Below, piece after piece: positions 19,448 to 29,974 of a DNA stretch of 64,000 nucleotides. The translations under genes were made by a program, and so were the position numbers. Below the pieces are notes generated by a model. The model did not search any database, was not told the origin of the DNA, and saw only the letters and a list, made by a program, of their open reading frames with translations. Position 1 is the stretch's first letter; each line of letters begins with the position of its first letter. Origin of the DNA: Trueperaceae bacterium (GTDB lineage Bacteria > Deinococcota > Deinococci > Deinococcales > Trueperaceae); assembly GCA_965213925.1 (NCBI GenBank), contig OZ243927.1:3776001-3840000 (forward strand), written 5' to 3'.

Positions 19448-20218
19448 GGTAGTGGTCGCGTCTCGAATGCTACAATAAGACATGGTTACGAAGATAGTGA
19501 GTTGTTACCACTGCGGTAGCGAGAACATCGTCAAGAACGGCGTAGCGCCGAATGGCAAGCAGAAGTACCGCTGTAAGGACTGTAAGAAGCAGAGTCGCGA
19601 GGAGCCGAGCCCGAACGGATACACCGAGCCGCGTAAAGAGGAGATTCTAAGTGCCTACGAGGAGCGTTCAAGTTTGAGAGGACTAGAGCGCACCTTCGGT
19701 GTAGCGCGTAGCACGGTGAGTCGCTGGCTCAAAAAAAACGAAGAAAACTCCCAGCCCTAAAAGACACCCTGGTCTCGTTCGACCAGCCTCAACACGTAGA
19801 GCTAGAACTTGATGAGATGCACTCGTTTGTGCAGAAGAAAGCGAAGAAGCGTTGGGTATGGGTGGCGCTATGTAAGCAGACCCGTCAAGTCGTTGCCTGC
19901 GTCATAGGTGGGCGCGGCGCAGCTACCTGTAAGCAACTCTGGAAAGGTATCCCTCAAAGCTACAAGCAAGGTCTCTGTTACAGCGACTTCTGGGACGCCT
20001 ACCAAAGCGTACTACCAGACGAACACCACCAACCCGTCAGTAAAGCCTCTGGCTTAACCGCTCATGTCGAACGTTTTAACAATACCTTGCGCCAACGCCT
20101 CGCTCGCTTCGTCCGCAAGACCCTAGCCTTCTCCAAGTCCGAGCATATGCACCTTACCTGCTTGCACCGTTTCCTCGTTCGCTACAACCTAGAAATCATT
20201 CGGGATTGAACCACTACC
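19448..20218 (+). mobile_element. IS1 family insertion sequence
   Basis: Ends GGTAGTGGT...ACCACTACC; 8 bp target duplication AAATAAAC at 19440-19447 and 20219-20226; InsA/InsB ORFs. Confidence 0.93.
19482..20209 (+). CDS. IS1 transposase InsA-InsB (programmed -1 frameshift)
   Basis: InsA zinc finger CYHC..CKDC plus HTH (19482-19760); A8C slippery run at 19731-19739; InsB DDE (ELDEM, SDFW, VERFN). Confidence 0.9.
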
Positions 20219-20818
20219 AAATAAACGTCTTTGAGATCACTCTTTAACGCAGAAATATATTTGTGAGGCGCAAAAGGGCGGTATTTATTGTCTGACCAGT
20301 TATACCCCTCTTGCAAAATAGCGATGAGAAAAGCGGGTCTACCCGTATCAGCTTCCCATATACCCTCCGAGATAACTGCTCCTGCTGGTAAAAATCCTTT
20401 TTTCTTGTCCCCAGAATGGGGAGTCAAATCTACCGGGTGAGATAGCAGACGGCGAACTATGCGAAACTCATACAAAGCCGTTTCTGGTTCGGTAGGGAAA
20501 GGTTCGCCCAAAATATCCTGAGCAAGTTTTTGTAGCGCTCTCTCCAAAGTGTAAACAACACTAAAAATAGCATAGATGTCGTAAATTCTCTCACCTCGCG
20601 TTTCTCTATCTACTGTTTCATCAAATGCTTCTAGCGCTTCTACCGCGTTACTCAAAGTCTGGATTGTTACGAGTCTTTCTGCAGCATCAGGTGACGATTC
20701 TACACCTACACTTATTTCTGAAAAATAGAGGCTGCGAATTTGCTGGACAAGATCGACCAATTGACCCATAAAAGTATTGTATGAAGTTTTCAGACATGAC
20801 ACAGCAAATAACTTTTTG

Positions 20819-20847
20819 TTGACAAGCTCACCACCAAGCGCTACCAT
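20819..20847 (+). promoter_or_regulatory. Sigma70-type promoter for the leuS leader
   Basis: TTGACA-17 bp-TACCAT. Confidence 0.75.
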
Positions 20848-20856
20848 ATCCCCAAG

Positions 20857-20959
20857 ATGACTTACTCCTTCACCACCCTACGACTAGGAGGCTCTAAGCA
20901 CGAGTGACCTCTTAGCCGCTCTTGCTTGCCTCCCCGACCTCTTGATGGTTGGGGTTTTT
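20857..20959 (+). promoter_or_regulatory. Putative leucine attenuator (leader peptide MTYSFTTLRLGGSKHE plus terminator)
   Basis: uORF 20857-20907 with CTA-CGA-CTA; long alternative hairpin 20887-20933; terminator CCCCGACC-TCTTGAT-GGTTGGGG-TTTTT. Confidence 0.65.
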
Positions 20960-21054
20960 CTTTGGTTTCCAGAACAGATAGCCGTTAGCTGATACCATAT
21001 AAAAGCTAATGGCTAACCGCTAATACCTAAAAGCTTTCTTCAAGGAGTCTAAAC

Positions 21055-23562
21055 ATGGCTGACACCGTAGCCGACTACAAAAGCGAAAAATACAACCCGC
21101 ACGAAATCGAACCCAAGTGGCAGCAGCGTTGGGAAGAGGCGGGCACGTACGAAGTTGACTTGCACGCGGACCAGGATAGGTTTTACTACCTCACCATGTA
21201 CCCCTATCCCTCGGGCGACTTGCACGTGGGTCACTGGTACGCCTTCGCTGTGCCGGACGCCTACGCGCGGTTTCAGCGGATGCGCGGCAAGAATGTGCTG
21301 TTCCCGATGGGCTTCGATGCGTTTGGGCTTCCAGCGGAGAACGCGGCGATCAAGGCGGCGCGCGAGGGCAAAGAGGTCCATCCGGCGCGTTTGACGTATG
21401 AGCGCATCGACTTCATGGAAAAACAGTTCAAGCAGATGGGCGCGATTTTCGACTGGTCTAAAAAAGTCGTTACCTCCGACCCGGAGTATTATAAGTGGAA
21501 CCAGTGGTTCTTTATTCAAATGTTTAAGCGTGGTTTGGCGTACCGCAAGGAGTCGTTCGTCAACTGGGACCCGGTGGACAAGACGGTCTTGGCGAATGAG
21601 CAGGTGATTGACGGGCGCGGGGACCGCTCGGGCGCGCTTATCGAGCGGCGCTTGATGCCTCAGTGGCACTTCAAGATCACAGACTACGCGGACGAGTTGT
21701 TGGACTTCTCGAGCGTAGACTGGCCAGAGCGCGTCCGGCTCATGCAAACCAACTGGATAGGGCGCTCCGAGGGCGCGAACGTGACCTTTAAGAGTGAAGA
21801 GGGCGACGACATCACCGTATTCACGACTCGACCGGACACGCTCTGGGGCGCGACCTTCATGGTGTTAGCGCCGGAGCATCCGCTGGTGGAGAAGTTGACG
21901 ACTGACGAGCATAAAGACGCAGTAAAGGCGTATGTGGAACGCGCCTCGAGGATGAGCGAAATCGACCGCCAAGCCGAGGGCAAGGAGAAGACGGGCGAGT
22001 TTATCGGCGCGTACGCTGTCAATCCGGTGAACGACGAGCGCATCCCTATCTGGATTGCGGATTACGTGATGATGGGCTACGGCACGGGCGCGATCATGGC
22101 GGTTCCCTTTGGCGACCAACGCGACTTCGAGTTTGCGCGGAAGTTTGGCTTGGATATCGTTCCCGTCGTGCAGCCCGAAGGTGAGGAGCCCTTTGACGCC
22201 GACACGATGAGCGAAGCCTACGCGGGTCCGGGCGTGCTCGTGAACAGCGGACCCATCGACGGCAAAATGAATAACGGCGAGAAGGGGCGCAACAATCCGG
22301 CGGTTGCGGCGGCGATTGACTATCTCGAGGCGCACACCATAGGTGAGGGCAAAATCACCTACCGCTTGCGCGACTGGCTCATCTCGCGTCAGCGCTACTG
22401 GGGCACACCTATTCCTATGCTCTACTGCGACGAGTGCGGCATCGTCGCGGAGAAAGAGGAGAACTTACCCGTCCGCTTGCCCGAAGATGTTGCGTTTATG
22501 CCGACGGGCGAGTCGCCCTTGAAGCACCACGAAGATTTTTTGAACGCGACCTGCCCCGAGTGCGGCGGACCGGCGAAGCGCGAGACCGACACGATGGACA
22601 CCTTTATGGACTCGTCGTGGTACTGGTTCCGCTACCTCTCGCCGCACAAAGAGGACGCGCCTTTGGATAAGGAACTCGTCAGAGCGTGGACGCCCGTCGA
22701 CCTCTACACGGGCGGCATCGAGCACGCGATTTTGCACCTCCTCTACGCCCGCTTTTTCACCAAGGTGTTGCGCGATTTGGATTTAACCCAGTCGAGCGAA
22801 CCCTTCAAGAAACTCCGCAACCAGGGCATCATCTTGGGCGAGGACAGCGAGAAGATGTCGAAGTCGCGGGGCAACACCGTCAACCCTGACGCCTTGGTGG
22901 ACGAATACGGCGCGGACGCAGTGCGGGCGTACTTGATGTTCATCGGTCCCTGGGAGCAGGGCGGACCGTGGAATTCGTCGGGCATCGAGGGTGTGGCGCG
23001 GTTTCTGAACCGCGTGTGGGCGCTCATCTCGGATGAGGCGACAGGTGAAGGTGCGGCGGATGAGGCGGCGCGTCAAGAGGTGCGCCGCGCGGCGCACACT
23101 GCTATCAAAGAGGTCACGGAAGACTTGGAGAACTTCCAGTTCAACACGGCGATTGCTGAACTGATGACCTTGGTCAACGCGATGAGCAAGGCGAAAAAGA
23201 GCGCGGTGGTCGAGACCGACGAGTGGCAAGAAGGGCGTGAAATGCTCTTACGCTTGACTGCGCCCTTCACACCGCACATCGCTGAGGAGTTGTGGGATAG
23301 AGTGGGCTTTGAAGGCTCCGTTCACGCGCAAGCCTGGCCCGAGTACGACGAGAGCGCCTTGGAGCAAAACACCCTCACCCTCGCGGTGCAGGTCAATGGC
23401 AAGCGGCGCGGCGAGGTAGAAGTGCCGAAAGATGCGGACAAAAACGCCATCCTGAACGCGGCGAAAGCGGAGCCGAACGTGGCGCGGTATATGGAAGGTG
23501 TCAACATCGTGCGAGAGATTGTTGTGCCGGGACGGTTAGTTAATATTGTGGTGAAAGGTTAA
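21055..23562 (+). CDS. leuS: Leucine--tRNA ligase
   Basis: HVGH and KMSKS motifs, FTTRPDT editing domain, RLRDWLISRQRYWG. Confidence 0.97.
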   Translation: MADTVADYKSEKYNPHEIEPKWQQRWEEAGTYEVDLHADQDRFYYLTMYPYPSGDLHVGHWYAFAVPDAYARFQRMRGKNVLFPMGFDAFGLPAENAAIKAAREGKEVHPARLTYERIDFMEKQFKQMGAIFDWSKKVVTSDPEYYKWNQWFFIQMFKRGLAYRKESFVNWDPVDKTVLANEQVIDGRGDRSGALIERRLMPQWHFKITDYADELLDFSSVDWPERVRLMQTNWIGRSEGANVTFKSEEGDDITVFTTRPDTLWGATFMVLAPEHPLVEKLTTDEHKDAVKAYVERASRMSEIDRQAEGKEKTGEFIGAYAVNPVNDERIPIWIADYVMMGYGTGAIMAVPFGDQRDFEFARKFGLDIVPVVQPEGEEPFDADTMSEAYAGPGVLVNSGPIDGKMNNGEKGRNNPAVAAAIDYLEAHTIGEGKITYRLRDWLISRQRYWGTPIPMLYCDECGIVAEKEENLPVRLPEDVAFMPTGESPLKHHEDFLNATCPECGGPAKRETDTMDTFMDSSWYWFRYLSPHKEDAPLDKELVRAWTPVDLYTGGIEHAILHLLYARFFTKVLRDLDLTQSSEPFKKLRNQGIILGEDSEKMSKSRGNTVNPDALVDEYGADAVRAYLMFIGPWEQGGPWNSSGIEGVARFLNRVWALISDEATGEGAADEAARQEVRRAAHTAIKEVTEDLENFQFNTAIAELMTLVNAMSKAKKSAVVETDEWQEGREMLLRLTAPFTPHIAEELWDRVGFEGSVHAQAWPEYDESALEQNTLTLAVQVNGKRRGEVEVPKDADKNAILNAAKAEPNVARYMEGVNIVREIVVPGRLVNIVVKG

Positions 23563-23565
23563 AGA

Positions 23566-23623
23566 CAGTAGTCAGCATTCAGTAGTCAGCATAAAAACTT
23601 GACTACTGAATGCTGACTACTGA
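23566..23623. repeat. Heptamer-based (STRR-like) inverted repeat
   Basis: CAGTAGT CAGCATT CAGTAGT CAGCATA ... TGACTAC TGAATGC TGACTAC; supplies the stop codon of the convergent ORF. Confidence 0.75.
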
Positions 23624-24184
23624 TTCCTCGAACAACGGTAAGCTCTCTGCGTAGACGACTTTCTTGCTCCCTTTGAGACGCCGCAGCTTAGGTTCTCCAA
23701 ACGTCAGCTCTTTCATTCGGTAAGGTGGGTAGACCCGGCACCACTTACGCGCCTCGTCAAATTGAACGAAACAGACCCACGCCTCGCTTTGACCCAAGAT
23801 CGGGTCTTTGCGGTATTGTCCCGCCTGAAACGTCCACGATAAGCCGTAACGCACTGCATTTTTCGTCGTTTGTGTTTTCACGGCGAGCCCAACCCCGTTC
23901 ACAAAGAGGTCGGCGTCCCACGACTTCTGTTTGCCCTCATAAATTCGGTAGTCAGGTCCGCGAACGGTTTGCCCAGACGATTCAAAAACCTCTTTGACCG
24001 CCTCTTCCCCGACTTTGCTGACAAAATGGTCGTGGCGGATTTTCTGTAGGTTATATTGGCTCGAGTCCCTATACCCCTTACCAAGCGTACCCACCGTCGG
24101 CGTCACCTGCGCCGCAAACTGGGCGGCTTTCGCTATAAGGTTAGGTCGAACCGAAACAGCTGTAATCTGCTCAAAATAGCGCAT
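23603..24184 (-). CDS. Hypothetical protein, possible PD-(D/E)xK nuclease fold
   Basis: KVGEEAV...SWDADL...LAVKTQ spacing; start placed at the ATG 5 nt after TAGCGT. Confidence 0.6.
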   Translation of the reverse strand: MRYFEQITAVSVRPNLIAKAAQFAAQVTPTVGTLGKGYRDSSQYNLQKIRHDHFVSKVGEEAVKEVFESSGQTVRGPDYRIYEGKQKSWDADLFVNGVGLAVKTQTTKNAVRYGLSWTFQAGQYRKDPILGQSEAWVCFVQFDEARKWCRVYPPYRMKELTFGEPKLRRLKGSKKVVYAESLPLFEESVVSIQ

Positions 24185-24370
24185 CCCTAACGCTAGCGCG
24201 TACCGCGGCTCGGACAAAAGCGACTATCTCACGCAGGTAGATGTAGCGGCGCGACCTCGGATAAGCGCTGCACCCGCTTCGTTCACTCGAGCACGTTCAC
24301 TGCGCTGAGCCTCGCCGGTGAAGGTTCATCTACCCCGAACGAAACGCCGCGAAAAAGTTTACAGTAAAGA

Positions 24371-25525
24371 ATGAACCAAACCCCTAAAGTCGTCATCGTC
24401 GGCGCAGGGATCGTGGGCGCAAGCTGCGCTTACCACCTAGCAAAAGGGGGCGCAGAAGTGCACGTCTTAGAACGTGCCGCCGCGCCAGCGGCAGGGGCGA
24501 CAGGCAGATCGGCGGCGGGTATTCGCCATCAGTTTAGCCACCGCGTCAACGTCGAGATGTCGCTCTATAGCACGCGTGTCTTCGCCCACTTCGAAAGAGA
24601 GCTAGGCGTGGACGCGGGCTACCGCAAGGTGGGCTACCTCTTTCTGGTGGAGAGCGGACAGTGGGCAGCGTGGAGGGCGCAAACACAGATGCAGCGGGAG
24701 GCGGGGGCGAGGGTCGAAACGCTCAGCGTGAACGAATTAGAGCGCCGCTTTCCCGACCTCAACACGCAAGGATTGGCAGGCGCGACTTTAGGGTTAGACG
24801 ACGGCGTGGTGGACCCACACGCGGTGACGATGGGCTACCTGCGAGGGGCGAAGGCGCACGGTTCCTGCCTCCACCTGCAAACCGAGGTGCAGGGTCTTTC
24901 CTTTGCGCGTGGACAGTGGCGCGTTGAAACGAACGTAGAAACCTTCCGTGCAGACGCCGTTATCAACGCGGCGGGCGCTTATGCAAGAGACGTTGGAAAA
25001 CTTGCAGGTTTGGACGTTCCGGTTTCTCCCTACCGACGCAACGTCTACGCGACGGGACCGTCTGACTACCCGCACCCGAGCCCTCTAATGATCGACCAAA
25101 CGACGGGCGTATGGCTGCGCAGCGAGGGGGCGCGCTTTATCATGGGGCTCGCCAACGAAAACGAGCCGCCGAGCGAGAACCAGTCGGTAGACTGGGTGTG
25201 GCTTGACTATCTTTTAGAGCTTGCTTTGCCGCGCTTCCCATTTTTAGAGCGCGCGGGCTTAGACGCGAAGGCGTGTTGGGCGGGGCTCTACGCGATGACG
25301 TCCGACCACCTGCCGATTTTAGGGGAAGCGCACACGTCTCCAGGCTTTTTCAATGCGTGCGGCTTTTCAGGTCACGGCGTGCAGCATAGCCCGGCGACGG
25401 GGCATATTTTAGCGGCGGAAGTTTTAGAACGCGCACACAAGTTCGATCTTGAAGACTTTCGTTTAGAGCGTTTTGTAAGAAGCACAGAAGACACTAAGGT
25501 GAACGCGGAACAAAACGTCGTCTGA
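24371..25525 (+). CDS. FAD-dependent oxidoreductase (DadA/sarcosine oxidase beta family)
   Basis: GAGIVG, ATGRSAAGIR, WAGLY, GFSGHGVQHSP. Confidence 0.88.
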   Translation: MNQTPKVVIVGAGIVGASCAYHLAKGGAEVHVLERAAAPAAGATGRSAAGIRHQFSHRVNVEMSLYSTRVFAHFERELGVDAGYRKVGYLFLVESGQWAAWRAQTQMQREAGARVETLSVNELERRFPDLNTQGLAGATLGLDDGVVDPHAVTMGYLRGAKAHGSCLHLQTEVQGLSFARGQWRVETNVETFRADAVINAAGAYARDVGKLAGLDVPVSPYRRNVYATGPSDYPHPSPLMIDQTTGVWLRSEGARFIMGLANENEPPSENQSVDWVWLDYLLELALPRFPFLERAGLDAKACWAGLYAMTSDHLPILGEAHTSPGFFNACGFSGHGVQHSPATGHILAAEVLERAHKFDLEDFRLERFVRSTEDTKVNAEQNVV

Positions 25526-25896
25526 ACTGTGCACAAATGTTCATGAACGGCTGACTAAGGGTTTACAGCTCTGCTTGTGGTGTGATACAACATACAGTGA
25601 ACTTTGAGGGTTGCACTTCCGCACCCCGCTGCCCCCCCGGCGGAGGTCCTCTCAAGGTTCTTTTTTATTTTCGACACCTCTGTTTTTTGACGATTGACGG
25701 CGGCTTATCGGAGCTGTTAGATAAGACCTTGTTGCACTGGGTTGGCCTACACAACTTCGCATATGTACGTGCATAATCCTTAGTACCGTCAGAGTGTTGT
25801 TAGAATAGCCCCACATCAGTGCAGCCTACGCTGCTATTTTACCCTGTTGATACTATGTCGACTGAGTGCCAAGAGAGGTTGGCCTGGGAGCAAACA

Positions 25897-26799
25897 ATGA
25901 CCTTAGAACGCTGGTTTCGCCGCAAGCGCCCGACGCGCAGCGATGACGACAACAGCCCCGCTGGGCTTTGGCTCAAGTGTGAGAGCTGCAACGCGCAGAT
26001 TTACCGCAAGGATTTGCTAGAAAACCTCGCGCTCTGCACCGAGTGCGGGCATCACTACCGGATGCCCGCCGACACCCGCGTGGCGATGCTCGCCGACGAA
26101 GACACCTTCGAGCCCTGGTCGGGGCGGGTGGGACCGCAAGACTCCCTTGAATTTATCGACACCGAGCCCTATCCGGAGCGTTTAGAGCGGTTTAAGGCGC
26201 GGCAAGGCAGACCCGACGCGATTATCACGGGGGCGGCGAGATTAGAAGGTGAGCCCGTCGCTTTAGCCGTGATGGACTTTTTCTTCGCGGGCGGCTCGAT
26301 GGGCTCGGTTGTCGGTGAAGAGATCGCGAGGGCCGCCGAACGCGCCGCCGACGAAGGTCGCAGCTTCATCTCCATAACGGCCTCGGGCGGCGCGCGGATG
26401 CAAGAGGGCGCGCTCTCGCTCATGCAGATGGCGAAGACGACCGTGGTGCTCGAAAACCTCGCCAGAAAGCGCCTGCCCTTCATCAGCGTGTTGACCGACC
26501 CGACCACGGGCGGCGTCACCGCGAGCTTTTCGACGCTGGGCGACATCATCATCGCGGAGCCGGGGGCGCTCATCTGCTTTGCGGGACCGCGCGTGATTCA
26601 GCAGACCATCAAGCAGGAGTTGCCGAGCGGCTTTCAGCGCGCCGAGTTTCTGCTGCAAAAGGGGATGTTAGACGACGTAGTGCCGCGGGGCGAACTCAAA
26701 GCGAAGCTGGCGAATTACGTCCGCTTACTCAGAAACAGCCCCCCGAAACCGCACCTCGACCAGAACCCAGAGGAGACGCCGCGTGCCCTTGGCGTTTGA
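25897..26799 (+). CDS. accD: Acetyl-CoA carboxylase carboxyltransferase beta subunit
   Basis: CxxC..CxxC zinc finger, [29 protein letters not shown]. Confidence 0.95.
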   Translation: MTLERWFRRKRPTRSDDDNSPAGLWLKCESCNAQIYRKDLLENLALCTECGHHYRMPADTRVAMLADEDTFEPWSGRVGPQDSLEFIDTEPYPERLERFKARQGRPDAIITGAARLEGEPVALAVMDFFFAGGSMGSVVGEEIARAAERAADEGRSFISITASGGARMQEGALSLMQMAKTTVVLENLARKRLPFISVLTDPTTGGVTASFSTLGDIIIAEPGALICFAGPRVIQQTIKQELPSGFQRAEFLLQKGMLDDVVPRGELKAKLANYVRLLRNSPPKPHLDQNPEETPRALGV

Positions 26800-27736
26800 A
26801 AAACCGATTGACGACCTTGCGGCGCGTATCGGCGACATGCGCGCCTACGCCGAGGAGCAAAACATCGACCTCAGCGAAGAGATCAGTCTTTTAGAAAACC
26901 GCTTGGAGCGGCTTAAAGAGGAGATTTTTGCTGACTTAACCCGTTGGCAGCGTGTCCAGGTGGCGCGGGCGGCAGGGCGTCCTACGGGGCTCGACTACGT
27001 GCAGCACCTCTTCACGGACTTCACCGAGTTACATGGGGATAGGACGCTGGGCGACGACGCGGCGCTCGTGACGGGGCTCGCGCAGTTAGAAGGGCGCAGC
27101 GTCGTCGTGCTCGCACAGCAAAAAGGGCGCGACACGAAAGAGAACATCCAGCGCAACTTCGGCATGGCGCATCCGTCGGGTTACAGAAAAGCGATACGGA
27201 TGTTTGACCTGGCGGATAAGTTCAGGCTGCCCGTTGTGACCTTTATCGACACGCCAGGCGCGTATCCGGGCATCGCCGCCGAGGAGCAGGGGCAAGCTTG
27301 GGTCATTGCGGAGAGCATTCAGCGGATGAGCCAGCTTAAAGTTCCGGCTGTGACTGTCGTGATCGGCGAGGGCGGCTCGGGCGGCGCCCTCGCCATCGGC
27401 GTGGCAAACCGCGTGCTGATGTTGGAGAACGCCATCTACTCCGTGATCAGCCCTGAGTCGTGCGCCGCCATCTTGTGGCGTGACGCGGGCGAGGCGGAGA
27501 AGGCGGCGGAGGCTTTGCGGCTCACGGCGAAGGATTTACTGGAGCTAAACGTTATCGATAGCGTGATTAAAGAGCCGACGGGCGGGGCGCACCGCGACCC
27601 TAAGACGGCGCTCGAGTGCGTCAAAGAGCGTGTGCGTAGCGAGTTAGACGTGCTCTCCCAGATGTCAGAAGAGCAACTTTTACAACAGCGTTACCAGAGA
27701 TTCAGGGCGCTAGGGCGCTTCGAGACCTTGTCCTAG
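26783..27736 (+). CDS. accA: Acetyl-CoA carboxylase carboxyltransferase alpha subunit
   Basis: [35 protein letters not shown]. Confidence 0.95.
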   Translation: MPLAFEKPIDDLAARIGDMRAYAEEQNIDLSEEISLLENRLERLKEEIFADLTRWQRVQVARAAGRPTGLDYVQHLFTDFTELHGDRTLGDDAALVTGLAQLEGRSVVVLAQQKGRDTKENIQRNFGMAHPSGYRKAIRMFDLADKFRLPVVTFIDTPGAYPGIAAEEQGQAWVIAESIQRMSQLKVPAVTVVIGEGGSGGALAIGVANRVLMLENAIYSVISPESCAAILWRDAGEAEKAAEALRLTAKDLLELNVIDSVIKEPTGGAHRDPKTALECVKERVRSELDVLSQMSEEQLLQQRYQRFRALGRFETLS

Positions 27737-27964
27737 AGGTAGTGTCGGCGGGTTGAGAACGCCTCGCTCGGGATAATTCTTACGAGAATTATCCGGAAAC
27801 AGTGCCACTAGTGAGCTTTGAATTTTAGAGGGTCCGTGCGAATTCTGTGCCGACTCGAGGATTTCCGGTGAACAAGCGCTCCTCAGGTACAAGAGCTTGC
27901 GCGCCCTTCCCTGACCCACATTTTGAGGTATCCTGGCTGCAAACGAGACAGCCCAGGAGGTCTT

Positions 27965-29533
27965 ATGGCAGATATCAAGACGAAAGAAGACTACGGCATC
28001 GAGTTTAGCAACGTCCACTGGAACTACTTTCCGCCAAAATTGTATGAAGAGGCGATTAAACGCGGCGAGGGCTTAGCCGCCGCGAACGGTCCGCTCCTGG
28101 TCGACACAGGCAAATTTACCGGGCGCAGCCCTAAGGATAAGTTCATCCTGCGCGACGAGAACACCGAAAACAAGGTGGATTGGGGCGATATCAACCAGCC
28201 TATGGAGCGCGAGCCGTTTGAAAACCTGCGGGCGGGGATGCGCGCGTTTATGCAAGACCGCGACCTCTTCGTACAAGACCTCTACGTCGGCACGGACGAA
28301 GGCTATCAGATTCCGGTGCGCATCATCACGCAGTACGCCTGGCACAGCATGTTCTCGCGCAACATGCTGATTCGTCAAGCGCCGCCCGACAGCCCAGACA
28401 TGTACACGGTCATCGACCTGCCCGGCTTCCGCGCCAACCCCGAGCGGCACGGCTCGAAGGGCAGCACCGTCATCGCCATGAACCTCTCCGAAAGACTGGT
28501 GCTCGTTGGCGGCACGGAGTACGCGGGCGAGATCAAAAAGTCCTTATTTTCCATCATGAATTACGAGCTGCCGCAAAAGGGCGTCCTGCCGATGCACTGC
28601 TCCGCGAACCACGACCGGGACGGCAACGTCGCCATCTTCTTTGGGCTCTCCGGCACGGGCAAGACGACGCTCTCCGCCGACCAGTCTCGGGTCCTCATCG
28701 GCGACGACGAGCACGGCTGGTCCAACGCTGGGGTCTTCAACTTCGAAGGCGGCTGCTACGCGAAGATCATCAACATCACACCCGAGAGTGAACCGGAAAT
28801 TTACGCCACGACAAAGCAGTTCGGCACGATTTTGGAGAACGTCGGCTTCGATGAAGAGACGAGAGAAGTAGACTTTACCGACACGAGCAAGACGGAGAAC
28901 ACCCGCGCCGCCTACCCAATTCATCACATTCCGAACGCGAGCAAGACAGGCAAGGGCGGACACCCGAAAGACATCCTCTTTTTAACCGCTGACGCTTTCG
29001 GCGTGCTGCCGCCTATCTCTAAACTGACCAAGGAACAAGCGATGTACCACTTTTTGAGCGGCTACACCGCCAAGATTGCGGGCACGGAGCGCGGCGTGAC
29101 CGAGCCCACCGCGACCTTTAGCGCCTGCTTCGGCGCACCCTTCTTGCCGCTGCCGCCGAGCACCTACGCCGAGCTGCTGGGTAAAAAGATCGAGCAGCAT
29201 AACGTCAACGTCTGGCTCGTCAATACGGGCTGGACAGGCGGCGCGTACGGCGAAGGGCAGCGGATGAAACTCTCTTACACCCGCGCGATGGTGGACGCCG
29301 CCTTGGACCGCGAGCTTGATGACGTGCCGATGACCACAAATGAGGTCTTTGGCTTGAACATTCCGAGCCACTGCCCCGGCGTGCCGAGCAGCGTCTTGGA
29401 GCCGCGCAATACCTGGGCGGACGGCGAAGCGTATGACAAACAGGCGAAAGAGTTGGCGCAGATGTTCAAGGATAACTTTCAGAAGTTTGAAAATAACGTC
29501 TCACAAGAGGTCGTGGCAGCGGGACCTAAGTAG
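27965..29533 (+). CDS. pckA: Phosphoenolpyruvate carboxykinase (ATP)
   Basis: [46 protein letters not shown] before ATG 27965. Confidence 0.96.
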   Translation: MADIKTKEDYGIEFSNVHWNYFPPKLYEEAIKRGEGLAAANGPLLVDTGKFTGRSPKDKFILRDENTENKVDWGDINQPMEREPFENLRAGMRAFMQDRDLFVQDLYVGTDEGYQIPVRIITQYAWHSMFSRNMLIRQAPPDSPDMYTVIDLPGFRANPERHGSKGSTVIAMNLSERLVLVGGTEYAGEIKKSLFSIMNYELPQKGVLPMHCSANHDRDGNVAIFFGLSGTGKTTLSADQSRVLIGDDEHGWSNAGVFNFEGGCYAKIINITPESEPEIYATTKQFGTILENVGFDEETREVDFTDTSKTENTRAAYPIHHIPNASKTGKGGHPKDILFLTADAFGVLPPISKLTKEQAMYHFLSGYTAKIAGTERGVTEPTATFSACFGAPFLPLPPSTYAELLGKKIEQHNVNVWLVNTGWTGGAYGEGQRMKLSYTRAMVDAALDRELDDVPMTTNEVFGLNIPSHCPGVPSSVLEPRNTWADGEAYDKQAKELAQMFKDNFQKFENNVSQEVVAAGPK

Positions 29534-29638
29534 TCAAAATCAGTGTAAAGAGGTCGGCGTAAAAGTTTTTAGTGTGGTTGCGCCTCGCTGAGCAGGCGCA
29601 ACCACATGGTTGCTGTTAAACCTTTTGGATGGTTGGGT

Positions 29639-29755
29639 TCAAGCTCGAGCCTCCCCCAAGTCTGCCGCGTGACGCACGCTGTGACCCTGCGCCTCGAGCG
29701 CTTGCACCACAGGCTTAGCGATGTTGGGTTCGTCTTCGACTAAGAGAAGTCGCAT
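29639..29755 (-). pseudogene. Truncated response regulator receiver domain
   Basis: MRLLLVEDEPNIAKPVVQALEAQGHSVRHAADLGEARA-stop (38 aa); ends at GGCTCGAGC. Confidence 0.75.
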
Positions 29756-29759
29756 TCAT

Positions 29760-29874
29760 TATAGCAAGTATCATTTGGTTTGAGCCAATCCGAGAAGAGG
29801 GAACGCAGTCTAGCGCGCACGTTTGGAAATGATACTTGCGTGATTCAAGCTCAGTGTTTATGTGAACTGCTATA
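29760..29874 (+). repeat. 115 bp TATAGCA-bounded repeat (MITE-like)
   Basis: TATAGCA...TGCTATA termini with internal inverted repeat GCAAGTATCATTT/AAATGATACTTGC. Confidence 0.9.
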
Positions 29875-29904
29875 AATCTTCCCATTTGCCAGCAACACCG
29901 TTTC

Positions 29905-29932
29905 GTAGGGACGATTCATGAATCGTCCCTAC
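29905..29932. repeat. GTAG-type REP palindrome
   Basis: GTAGGGACGATTCATGAATCGTCCCTAC; compensatory changes relative to the 4372 copy. Confidence 0.8.
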
Positions 29933-29974
29933 ACCGCGCTGCTTACGGTTACAGCTTACCGCTCGAGGACAAGT

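Larger units (their letters stand above)
19400..20769 (-). pseudogene. AT-rich hypothetical gene (possible HEPN-type) interrupted near its 3' end by IS1
   Basis: ORF from ATG 20769 reads ...KSDLKDVY into the IS. Removing the IS and one TSD copy restores ...KDVYFSSILSALQESNT-stop at 19400. Confidence 0.7.

Noticed and set aside
27771..27794. Perfect hairpin GGATAATTCT-TACG-AGAATTATCC between accA and pckA as a regulatory RNA
   Set aside because: A single isolated stem without a U-tail or other support; cannot tell terminator from operator.
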